From an uncultured Clostridia bacterium (GTDB lineage: Bacteria > Bacillota > Clostridia > TANB77 > CAG-508), in the NCBI GenBank assembly GCA_948739805.1, contig CAPYID010000002.1, positions 48,295 to 112,294 of the forward strand: DNA of 64,000 nucleotides, in the 5' to 3' direction. The translations under genes and the position numbers were made by a program. The notes below the pieces were generated by a model, which was not told the DNA's origin, did no database searches, and saw only the letters and a list, made by a program, of their open reading frames with translations. Below, one piece after another: positions 10,731-18,827 of the stretch (position 1 is its first letter; every line of letters begins with the position of its first letter).

Positions 10731-11258
10731 ATGAAACTATATTCAGTAACAGATAAATATATAGATTATTTAAGACAATTTGATTATAAAGTTTATGACA
10801 ATAAAGAAGATAGAAGAAAAGTAATGAGAAAATATTTGGGTATAGTTTTAACAATAAATGAAATGAACTATTATATACCAATGTCATCTCCTAAAAAGAG
10901 TGATTATAAAGATAATGAAATAAGAAAATCTATTGTTCCTATTGTAAGAATTGTATCAAATGAGGAAGTCGATAATGTACCAGTTTTAAAAGGAACATTA
11001 AGAATTAGTAATATGATACCTGTTCCAGATAGTGAATTAATATTATATGAGCCTAAATATGAAAGAAACAAAAATTATAAGATATTAGTTGAAAAGGAAC
11101 TTGAATTTATTGGGAAAAATGAAGAAATGATAAAGAAGTATGCAAGTATTATATATAATCAAAAAATTAATAATTATGATGTATCTTATATAAATAATGT
11201 TGTAGATTTTAAGTTATTAGAACAAAAATGTAAGGAATATAAAAGCGACAATAATTGA
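10731..11258 (+). CDS. toxN: type III toxin-antitoxin system ToxN/AbiQ-family endoribonuclease toxin
   Basis: 175 aa. MKLYSVTDKYIDYLRQFDYKV...KYLGIVLTINEMNYYIPMSSPKK closely parallels the AbiQ N-terminus as I recall it (MKFYTISSKYIEYLKEFDDKV...IGIVLEIQGHKYLAPLTSPKK). Size matches AbiQ/ToxN. RBS AGGAGGG. Confidence 0.8.
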   Translation: MKLYSVTDKYIDYLRQFDYKVYDNKEDRRKVMRKYLGIVLTINEMNYYIPMSSPKKSDYKDNEIRKSIVPIVRIVSNEEVDNVPVLKGTLRISNMIPVPDSELILYEPKYERNKNYKILVEKELEFIGKNEEMIKKYASIIYNQKINNYDVSYINNVVDFKLLEQKCKEYKSDNN

Positions 11259-11312
11259 AAAATTTAATATGGGCATTGTATTTTTTATAAGATTATTATA
11301 TACTATTTTCAT

Positions 11313-11333
11313 AAATCGAATGTAAACATTGTT
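11313..11333 (+). repeat. 21-bp direct repeat AAATCGAATGTAAACATTGTT, copy 1 (second copy at 18433-18453)
   Basis: Exact 21/21 identity between the two loci, which flank the integrase-containing segment. Confidence 0.7.
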
Positions 11334-11470
11334 TGCATTTTGTTTGCAAAAAATAAGAAAACATATACAAAAATAATACTAATAATACCAAAAATATAAA
11401 TGGCTATAATCCGTGATATTATTAGTATACATAGTATTCTATAGTATTGATAATACAGAAATAAAGTCTT

Positions 11471-11520
11471 CATGTGGAAGTGGAAAGAAGTATAAGAATT
11501 GTTGCGGAAGAAATGAGTAA
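11471..11520 (+). mobile_element. diverged duplicate of the secA 3' end (encodes ...[15 protein letters not shown]): att-site remnant of a secA-3'-targeting integrative element
   Basis: TGTGGAAGTGGAAAGAAGTATAAGAATTGTTGCGGAA versus the secA end TGTGGAAGTGGGAAGAAGTATAAAAACTGCTGTGGAA (9924-9960). Integrase gene lies 230 bp downstream. Confidence 0.6.
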
Positions 11521-11565
11521 AATCAATAGTTTGAGAGATGTATAAAATATAAAAAACTAATCTAA

Positions 11566-11670
11566 AAACACAAATTGTTGCCGATTTGTTGCCAAACAAG
11601 ATAGAAATCTCTAAAAGCTTTAAAAATGATACATTTCTTATGACAACAATTTGGGCGACAAATTGAATAC
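11566..11670 (+). promoter_or_regulatory. four copies of an 11-nt motif (A/T)ATTTGTTGCC arranged as two inverted pairs upstream of int1 (arm-type or operator sites)
   Basis: AAATTGTTGCC and GATTTGTTGCC at about 11571-11597. GACAACAATTT and GGCGACAAATT (the reverse complements) at about 11642-11667. Confidence 0.4.
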
Positions 11671-11679
11671 GAGAACTAA

Positions 11680-11706
11680 AAGTCAACATATAAAAAGTGT
11701 TGACTT
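11680..11706 (+). promoter_or_regulatory. 9-bp perfect inverted repeat AAGTCAACA-N9-TGTTGACTT overlapping the -35 TTGACT of the int1 promoter
   Basis: Seen directly. TTGACT at 11699-11704. Confidence 0.4.
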
Positions 11707-11746
11707 GTTTTTTATTTACTAAATTTTTTAGGAGGTAAAAATAGTT

Positions 11747-13015
11747 ATGGTTAGTGTCAGTAAAAGAGGAAAAGTGTATCAATATCAATTTGATATTGCA
11801 CCTATTAACGGCAAAAGAAAGAGAGTTACAAAATCTGGATTCAAAACAAAAGCAGAAGCAGAAAAGGCAGGAATAGAGGCATACAATGAATATAACAATA
11901 CAGGACATTCTTTTATTCCATCACAAATATCTTATAGTGATTATTTAGATTATTGGATGAAAGAACATTGCGAGATAAATTTGAAATATCACACAATAGA
12001 GGCATACAAAAATATTGTAAAAAATCATATAAAACCTAAATTAGGATTTTATAGATTATCACAAATAACAACAGCGACACTTCAAGAATTTATCAATAAC
12101 ATATATGTAGAAAAGAGCTTTTCGAAAAATTTTTTAAGGAATATTTTAAAGGTTTTGAAAACGTCATTTACCTATGCAACAGATGTAGTAGGATTTGTGA
12201 AGGAAAATCCATCATTAAAGGTTAGACTTCCTAAATATGATATTCAAGCTGAAGATCCAGTTCATATTTTTACAAAAGAAGAAGTCAAAATGATTTTAAA
12301 TAGATTTCAAAATAATCATGCAATTTATTATGCTTTTTTAACTGCGTACTATACTGGACTTCGAGTTTCAGAAGTGTTTGGACTAACTTGGAAGGACATT
12401 GATTTGGAAAACAAAAGATTAACAGTAAATAAAAATGTCTTGAAGAAAAATCAAAAAGGAGGAACAAAAAATAGAAATATTAGTGGAAATGCCACAACAG
12501 TTTGGTATTTTGGAACTTGCAAAACAACAAGTAGTTATAGAACTATTGATATTGGAGATACATTAGTAAATGCTTTAAAAGAATACAAAAAAGAGCAAGA
12601 AAAATATAAAGAAGAATATGGTGATTCATACATGAAGCATTATGCAAAAGAAGTAGAAAATCCATATACTAAAAAGAAGGAAATAAAAATAGTAAATGCT
12701 TATGCTGAAATTGATGTTACATTGCCAGAAGTCAATTTAGTTTTCTTAAAAAATAATGGAGTATTTGAAGGAACAGATACTTGCAAATATCCATTCAAAG
12801 TAATTCATTATGAATTAGGAATTCCATGCAGATTTCATGATTTTAGAGATACACATGCAACAAGATTAATTGAAGCAGGAGCAGATATAAAAGCAGTATC
12901 AAAGAGATTAGGACATAGTACAATAAAAACAACTTATGAAATATATGTAAGAGTAACAACAAAAATGGAAACAGATATAGTACAAAAATTTGAGCAATTT
13001 ACCTTAAATTTATAA
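11747..13015 (+). CDS. int: site-specific tyrosine recombinase/integrase (phage/ICE type), copy 1
   Basis: 422 aa. N-terminal KSGFKTKAEAEKA DNA-binding-type segment. C-terminal catalytic region with HDFRDTHATRL, GHSTIKTT and the YEIYV tyrosine region. Confidence 0.85.
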   Translation: MVSVSKRGKVYQYQFDIAPINGKRKRVTKSGFKTKAEAEKAGIEAYNEYNNTGHSFIPSQISYSDYLDYWMKEHCEINLKYHTIEAYKNIVKNHIKPKLGFYRLSQITTATLQEFINNIYVEKSFSKNFLRNILKVLKTSFTYATDVVGFVKENPSLKVRLPKYDIQAEDPVHIFTKEEVKMILNRFQNNHAIYYAFLTAYYTGLRVSEVFGLTWKDIDLENKRLTVNKNVLKKNQKGGTKNRNISGNATTVWYFGTCKTTSSYRTIDIGDTLVNALKEYKKEQEKYKEEYGDSYMKHYAKEVENPYTKKKEIKIVNAYAEIDVTLPEVNLVFLKNNGVFEGTDTCKYPFKVIHYELGIPCRFHDFRDTHATRLIEAGADIKAVSKRLGHSTIKTTYEIYVRVTTKMETDIVQKFEQFTLNL

Positions 13016-13084
13016 AAAATAAGAGTGTACCATGCAAGGGAATGTTATTAAAAAATTAATAAGAAAAATGAATGTTAATAATCT

Positions 13085-13130
13085 AAAAGGCTTGCCCTTT
13101 TATGTGTTTTCAGTGTTTCTTATGAACACT
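13085..13130 (+). terminator. weak hairpins with T-run downstream of int1
   Basis: AAAAGG-CTTGC-CCTTTT followed by AGTGTT-N7-AACACT. Confidence 0.3.
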
Positions 13131-13270
13131 TTCCTGCGTAGGCTATTATTATAATGAGCAAAATACATATTGTCTAAAAAAGATAAAAATAAAAAGTTTT
13201 AAAGCAAAGACAAAATTTAATTATTATGGTATAATGATTAAAACTTTTTATAAAGAGATAGGAGTAAATT

Positions 13271-13705
13271 ATGAAAGAAGAAAGATATAAATTTATATGT
13301 GCAGTTTATTTGCTATTAATAAAAGAAAATCAAATATTATTACTAAAGAGATATAATACAGGATATGAAGATGGAAATTATAGTTTAGTGTCAGGACATA
13401 TGGAAGGAAATGAGACAATTAAACAAGCAATGATTAGAGAAGCTAGAGAAGAAGCAGGAATAATAATATATGAAGAAGACATCAAAATAGCAACTTTTTT
13501 ACATAGAAAAACTGATCCAGAAAGGTTCGACTTTTTCTTACAATGTAAGAAATGGAATGGAGAGATTGACAATAAAGAACCAGATAAATGTTGTGAATTA
13601 AGTTGGTATGATATTAATAATTTGCCAAGTAATATAATTCCATGTGTTAGAAAGGCTATAGAAAATTATCAAAATAATGTTATGTTTGACAACTTTGGAT
13701 GGTAG
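13271..13705 (+). CDS. NUDIX hydrolase
   Basis: Nudix box GHMEGNETIKQAMIREAREEAGI (GX5EX7REUXEEXGU). 144 aa. Extended -10 TGGTATAAT at about 13227-13237. Confidence 0.75.
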   Translation: MKEERYKFICAVYLLLIKENQILLLKRYNTGYEDGNYSLVSGHMEGNETIKQAMIREAREEAGIIIYEEDIKIATFLHRKTDPERFDFFLQCKKWNGEIDNKEPDKCCELSWYDINNLPSNIIPCVRKAIENYQNNVMFDNFGW

Positions 13706-13739
13706 TTATATTTTAATATAGTAAGGAGAATTATAATCT

Positions 13740-14288
13740 ATGAACAATTATTTTATCATTCATGGCTCTTATGGAAATCCATACAAAAACTGGATTCCAT
13801 ATTTAAAGTCTCAATTAAGTAAAAGAAAATTAAATTGTATAGTGCCAAGCTTTACAACTCCATATAAACAAGATTATGAAAGTTGGAACACTATACTAAT
13901 GTCTTATGCCAAAGTTGGATATATTACAGAAGAAACAACTTTTATTACACATAGTTTAGGAGGAATTTTTCTATTAAAGTTCTTAATAGAAAATAAAGTA
14001 AAAGTAAAGAAAATTATTACAGTTGCAGGATTTAACAATATACATTTTGATAAAGATAATAGTTTATATGATTCGTTTTATATACTAGATGAAGAATTAA
14101 CAAAAATAAGCGAATTATGTCATGAAATAGTATGTATTTATTCTGATAATGATCCATATATTCCAATGGAAAAAGCTAAATTCTTTGCAGATAATATCAA
14201 AGCAAAAAAGCTTCTAATAAATAATGCAGGACACTTTAACGAAAAATATGGATATAAAGAGTTTAGGGGAATTTTAGAGTATATATAA
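13740..14288 (+). CDS. alpha/beta serine hydrolase of the RBBP9/YdeN family
   Basis: 182 aa. IIHGSYGNPYKNW N-terminus, THSLGG (GXSXG) nucleophile elbow and C-terminal NNAGHF. Confidence 0.65.
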   Translation: MNNYFIIHGSYGNPYKNWIPYLKSQLSKRKLNCIVPSFTTPYKQDYESWNTILMSYAKVGYITEETTFITHSLGGIFLLKFLIENKVKVKKIITVAGFNNIHFDKDNSLYDSFYILDEELTKISELCHEIVCIYSDNDPYIPMEKAKFFADNIKAKKLLINNAGHFNEKYGYKEFRGILEYI

Positions 14289-14453
14289 TACCTAGATTTC
14301 AAAAACACTTCAAAATTATTTCATTGTATTTAGAAAAAATATGTTCTATACTTATAATATGAAAATTTAACAAAGAAAAAACAAGAGTAATTATGTATCA
14401 AAAACGATATATGGTTATTCTTGTTTTCTTTTATGTTTGGGAGGTGTTGGATA

Positions 14454-14696
14454 ATGGCAAAATTAGAAAACGAAAGACTTATTTATACAGTTCAAGAAAC
14501 TGCAAAAATATTACACTCAAGCCCTAATTATATATATGAATTAGTCAAAAAAGGAAAGCTTAAAGCAGTAAAATTGAAAAGTATAAGGATTCTTAAATCT
14601 ACTTTAGAAAATTTTTTAAAAGAAAATGAAGGAAATGATCTATCAGATATTGATAGTATAAGGAAAATATCAATATACGAAGATATAGAAAGATAA
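14454..14696 (+). CDS. xis: excisionase/helix-turn-helix DNA-binding protein (Xis-like)
   Basis: Small basic protein. YTVQETAKILHSSPNYIYELVKKGKLKAVKL HTH segment. Lies immediately upstream of int2. ATG at 14454 with GGGAGG RBS preferred over the ORF-track start 14421. Confidence 0.55.
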   Translation: MAKLENERLIYTVQETAKILHSSPNYIYELVKKGKLKAVKLKSIRILKSTLENFLKENEGNDLSDIDSIRKISIYEDIER

Positions 14697-14702
14697 TAAG
14701 TT

Positions 14703-15974
14703 ATGGGTAATGTTACAATTCAAAAAAGAGGCAAATATTATCAATATAAATTTGAAGTAGCTAAGGTAGAGGGCAAAAGAAAATTCATAAATAAATCTGG
14801 GTTTAAAACAAAAGATGAAGCAATTAAAGCAGGAAATATTGCTTATACAGAATATTTAAACACTGGTTTGAGTTTTAAAGAAAAGGCAATTTCATTTAGT
14901 GATTATTTAGATTACTGGTATGAAAATTATTGTGAAATAAACTTAAAATATAATACAAGAAGAACTTATAAAACAATAATTGATAAATATTTAAAACCAG
15001 AACTAGGCAAGTATAGATTAAGTTCTTTAACAAGTGTAAAGCTAAATTCATATATCGTTGATTTATGCAACAAATATAACTATAAAAAATCATATTATAG
15101 AAATATATTAAAAGTTTTGAAAAACTGTTTTAGAGTATCAACAGATGTATATGGATTTATAAGGTATAATCCAACATTAACTTTAAAATTACCTAAAATA
15201 GAAGATGAGAAGGCTTTTAAGAAACATTTATATAATAAAAATGAAATTGATATAATTTTAGATAGATTTAAAGATGATGATACTTTTACTTGTGAATTTA
15301 TTACAAGTTGTTTTACTGGAATGAGAACAGGGGAAGTATGTGCATTAACTTGGGATGATATAGATTTCGAAAATAGAGTTATAAATGTTAGGCATACAGT
15401 ATATGACAAGCCAAAAGATAATAAAGGAAGATGGTATATAGGAACTACTAAAACTAAAAAATGGACAAGACAAATTAATATGTGTGAAACTGTATATAAT
15501 GCTTTAATGAATTATAAAAAGAAACAACAATATATGAAAAAAATATATGGTAAAGAATATTTAACTTATCATTTTGAAGATGTACTCAATAAATATGGAA
15601 AAGTGGTAGAACAACGAATTGTGCAGAATGAAAGTAATATCCTTCAAATAAACAAAGCAGATATGGTATTTACAAGACTTAATGGCAAATATGTTGGCAG
15701 AAATATTTTAAATTATCCATTTAAGATAATTCATAAAGAACTTGGTATTGAAAATTGTAGATTTTACGATTTAAGAGGAAGTTATGCAACTATTAATTTA
15801 AGAAATGGTATAGAAATCAGAGCTGTTGCAGATATTTTAGGACACAAATATATAGAAACTACTGAAAACTTTTATATATCTAGTACTGATGAAGATCAGA
15901 AAGATGTAAGTAATGTATTTGACAATTTAATGAGTTCAAAAACAATTGAAGATATTATAAAATATGAGATATGA
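14703..15974 (+). CDS. int: site-specific tyrosine recombinase/integrase, copy 2 (paralog of 11747-13015)
   Basis: 423 aa, collinear with int1 (RGKYYQYKFEVAKVEGKRKFINKSGFKTKDEA..., HKELGIENCRFYDLRGSYAT, GHKYIETT). Confidence 0.85.
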   Translation: MGNVTIQKRGKYYQYKFEVAKVEGKRKFINKSGFKTKDEAIKAGNIAYTEYLNTGLSFKEKAISFSDYLDYWYENYCEINLKYNTRRTYKTIIDKYLKPELGKYRLSSLTSVKLNSYIVDLCNKYNYKKSYYRNILKVLKNCFRVSTDVYGFIRYNPTLTLKLPKIEDEKAFKKHLYNKNEIDIILDRFKDDDTFTCEFITSCFTGMRTGEVCALTWDDIDFENRVINVRHTVYDKPKDNKGRWYIGTTKTKKWTRQINMCETVYNALMNYKKKQQYMKKIYGKEYLTYHFEDVLNKYGKVVEQRIVQNESNILQINKADMVFTRLNGKYVGRNILNYPFKIIHKELGIENCRFYDLRGSYATINLRNGIEIRAVADILGHKYIETTENFYISSTDEDQKDVSNVFDNLMSSKTIEDIIKYEI

Positions 15975-16131
15975 TAATTTTAAGAGCTGGCTTGGCTGGC
16001 TCTTTAGAAATTATAAAAAATAGTATCAAGGAATTAATTTTTTAATTATTGTAATTTTATGAAATTTATGATATATTTTTAAAAAAACTTTAAAATCTAT
16101 ATACTCAAAAAAATAAAGTCAGGAGAAATAA

Positions 16132-16578
16132 ATGGTAAATATTGAATATGCAAATGCCTATAGTGAAGTTTTAGAAATATTAAAATATATTTCTAAAGAA
16201 GATTATAGTAAGATTCCACAAAATAAAATAGAATTATTTAAAACAAATTCAAACAAAGAATATAAATTTATATATAATCCTGAAAAGACATTAGATGAAC
16301 AAAATGTTTCAAAAAGAGCAAAAGCGATAATAGGATTATTATTTAGAGATTATTGGGCAACTGATGTACAAAGAGAAAAAATTATTATAAAACAAAAAAA
16401 TGATAGATTTGTTTTAGAAGAACAAAAAAAGTCATTATATGATGTTAAAAATATATTTAGGAAAAGAAATATTAACAATGAAACTAAAGTAAAAGAAGTT
16501 ACAGAAATGATAGTTTATAAAGAAAACTTTATTAAAAAATGTATTAATAAAATAAAAACTTTTCTTAATTTAAAATAG
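16132..16578 (+). CDS. hypothetical protein (148 aa), first gene of a two-gene cassette
   Basis: RBS AGGAG 8 nt upstream. Stop is 3 nt before the next start. No recognisable motif. Confidence 0.5.
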   Translation: MVNIEYANAYSEVLEILKYISKEDYSKIPQNKIELFKTNSNKEYKFIYNPEKTLDEQNVSKRAKAIIGLLFRDYWATDVQREKIIIKQKNDRFVLEEQKKSLYDVKNIFRKRNINNETKVKEVTEMIVYKENFIKKCINKIKTFLNLK

Positions 16579-16581
16579 GAG

Positions 16582-17526
16582 ATGAATATGCAATATATAA
16601 ATAGTAAAGATTTAGATTATATAAATTCATTCTTTCATTTTTCAAGAATTGATAATAGAGACAGTATTGAACAGAATGGTTTACAAGCTGTTGCAGGTGG
16701 AGAAAATGAGGCTGGAAATGATAGAGATAACAAGACTATTTATTTTTCAAAAGGTATAAGTGGAGTTTTAAAAGCAATAGATGTTTGGGCAAGATGGGAA
16801 TACGATACATATGTAAGTAAATCAGATAGGGATATAAATTATGGTTATCAAGGTTATGATAAATCTGTTATGAAAGAAATTATTTTTGATAAATTATATA
16901 ACGATTTTAAAAATAGACAGTATTATATAGTAGATTTAAAAGAGGGAAAAGATGGAGAATTTGAGTATGTAGATATAGACGTAAAAAAGGTTTTAGCAAG
17001 AGATAAAAATGGAGTGCCATATAGAGGAGCTGTTTGGAAATATGGTGAATTTAGTGATTGGGGAACTTTAGATAATCCTAATAATGTACAAGAAAATTGG
17101 AATATGAATACAAAAATAGGCGAAAGGACAATTTCGAGTGATAGGTTAAAAATTATAGAAACAGAAAGTGGAAGAACGGATGCCTTAAGCTTTGCATTAG
17201 AATCGTATTCAAAATTTAGAGCATTAGTACCTGAACAAGATAGTCCAATGTATGAAATATTAGATAATTTTATGTCTTATGCAAAAGAAAGATATAAAAG
17301 TGATAAGGACTATGAAGATGGAATGCCTGATTTGGGAAGAAGAAAGGTTAATAAACGAGAACAAAAAAAATATCAAAAAATTAATAAAATTGAGACAAAA
17401 GGATTAGGAAGGCAAGTTGTTGCAGAATTAAAAGATATACAATTAATGGATGAAACAGAAAGAACACTAAACGAACAACAAAGAGCAATGCAACAAAATA
17501 AAGATGCTCAAAATCAATCTTTATAG
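16582..17526 (+). CDS. hypothetical protein (314 aa) with N-terminal motif resembling DarT/DUF4433-type ADP-ribosyltransferases, plus a K/R/E/Q-rich C-terminal tail
   Basis: FFHFSRIDNRDSIEQNGL versus the DarT N-terminal motif as I recall it (IYHITHIDNLPSIL..GL). A following IYF segment resembles DarT VPFYF. RBS AGGAG. Translationally coupled to the upstream ORF. Confidence 0.5.
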   Translation: MNMQYINSKDLDYINSFFHFSRIDNRDSIEQNGLQAVAGGENEAGNDRDNKTIYFSKGISGVLKAIDVWARWEYDTYVSKSDRDINYGYQGYDKSVMKEIIFDKLYNDFKNRQYYIVDLKEGKDGEFEYVDIDVKKVLARDKNGVPYRGAVWKYGEFSDWGTLDNPNNVQENWNMNTKIGERTISSDRLKIIETESGRTDALSFALESYSKFRALVPEQDSPMYEILDNFMSYAKERYKSDKDYEDGMPDLGRRKVNKREQKKYQKINKIETKGLGRQVVAELKDIQLMDETERTLNEQQRAMQQNKDAQNQSL

Positions 17527-17615
17527 CACTTAATGAGAATATGTTGATTTTATATTTAAACTAGATTATTTTGTATAAAAACGATTATAGAATACAACGT
17601 AAGGAGTGATATAAC

Positions 17616-18300
17616 ATGAAAATATATGTATATTTAGATGAAAGTCGGATCAATTCATAAAAATAGTAAAACAAGATATTTTGCAGTAGGTGGATATTTT
17701 TCTTATGAAGAAGACAGACTAAAAATAAAAGCGAAATATAAAAAAGAAAATCTTAAATTAAAGAAAGAAAAAAGTTTAGATTTAGATACTGAAATAAAAT
17801 CATATGATATGACTGAAGATGAAAAAGTAAGAATCTTCAATAAAATACAAGATATTGAAACTTTTCATGGTTGTGTTAAAGTATTCGATAAAAAGTATAT
17901 GAAAAAAGAGATAGTTGATTCTGATATATTTTTCAATTATGCTGTAAAAGTTCTAATTCAAGATTGCATATTGCCAGAATTGAACTTACAAGAAAATGAC
18001 GAGCCAATAGAGTTTATTATTAGTATAGATAACAGAAACATAAGAGTAGGGGAATTAAACAATTTGGAAACATATTTAAAAACTGAATTTTGTATTTATG
18101 ATGATGATTTTAAAATTACATATTATGATTCTAAAACAAATTATGGAATACAATTAGCAGATTTAACAGTTAATACTTTTTATAATTCATACAAAGATAT
18201 AAGTATTGTTGAAAATTTAATAAAAGAATTAAAACCTAAAAACTTTAGAGTAAGTTTATTTCCGAGAAATAGTAGGAATAAAAAACAAAATAATACATAA
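17616..18300 (+). pseudogene. DUF3800-family protein gene interrupted by a +1 frameshift (extra C at about 17646)
   Basis: Frame 0 from ATG 17616 (RBS AAGGAG) gives MKIYVYLDESRINS*. Removing the C at 17646 gives MKIYVYLDESGSIHKNSKTRYFAVGG..., the canonical DUF3800 DESG start. The downstream QLAD (QxxD) motif is present. Confidence 0.6.
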
Positions 18301-18316
18301 AATATTAGTGAAATAT

Positions 18317-18345
18317 TTGACATGCAATTTTTTGTGTGGTAAAAT
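18317..18345 (+). promoter_or_regulatory. candidate promoter TTGACA-17-TGgTAAAAT
   Basis: Seen directly. Followed only by a hairpin. Confidence 0.3.
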
Positions 18346-18360
18346 ATTTATAGAGTAAGA

Positions 18361-18420
18361 CCTAGGTAAGGTAGCTAAAAGCTAAGCGTATGTTAAGTAC
18401 GCTACCACCTAGGCATTTTT
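18361..18420 (+). terminator. long imperfect hairpin (CCTAGGTAAGGTAGC ... GCTACCACCTAGG, with an inner AGCGTA/TACGCT stem) followed by a T-run: terminator or small structured RNA
   Basis: Seen directly. GC content higher than surroundings. Confidence 0.45.
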
Positions 18421-18432
18421 ATTATAATTTAA

Positions 18433-18453
18433 AAATCGAATGTAAACATTGTT
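18433..18453 (+). repeat. 21-bp direct repeat AAATCGAATGTAAACATTGTT, copy 2
   Basis: Identical to 11313-11333. Confidence 0.7.
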
Positions 18454-18470
18454 GAATATTGTATAATTAA

Positions 18471-18827
18471 ATGCACGTTGTAGACATAAAATATCTACCA
18501 GTATGGAAGTATTGTGCAGAAGTAGCACAAAGAAAAAATGAGGAAAATGAGACAGCAAAAGGAACAAACTTAAAAATAGGAAATGATATGAAGCTAGCTA
18601 ATTTTATTGAGAAAGAAATAAAAGAAGAAAAAAGTTCACCAGAAGTAATAGAATATAAAATAAAACAAGCAAAATTTGAAACGACATTGTGTTTTAAGAC
18701 AATATATAACTACATTGATAAAGAAATATTAGAAGTAAAAAGAAAAGACTTAACATGCGGAAATTACAATAAAAAAGAGAAGTTCAAAAAGGAAGAATCG
18801 GAGTTTTTAAAACCAAATAAAGATTGA
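18471..18827 (+). pseudogene. IS30-family transposase fragment (HTH_38 region only; no DDE domain)
   Basis: SSPEVIEYKIKQAKFETTLCFKTIYNYIDKEIL resembles the IS30 WSPEQI...ISHETIYR(W/Y)IY segment. ORF is only 118 aa versus about 340 aa for an intact transposase. Confidence 0.4.

Larger units (their letters stand above)
11313..18453 (+). mobile_element. composite integrative element(s): two tyrosine integrases plus excisionase plus cargo, bounded by 21-bp direct repeats, inserted next to secA
   Basis: Direct repeats at 11313 and 18433. secA 3' duplicate. Two int paralogs, xis, accessory cargo and an IS30 fragment at the right edge. Confidence 0.45.

Noticed and set aside
11309-11908. 199-aa minus-strand ORF spanning the att region and the start of int1
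   Set aside because: Low-complexity Cys/Phe/Ile-rich translation. Overlaps the integrase start and the regulatory repeat region. No RBS.
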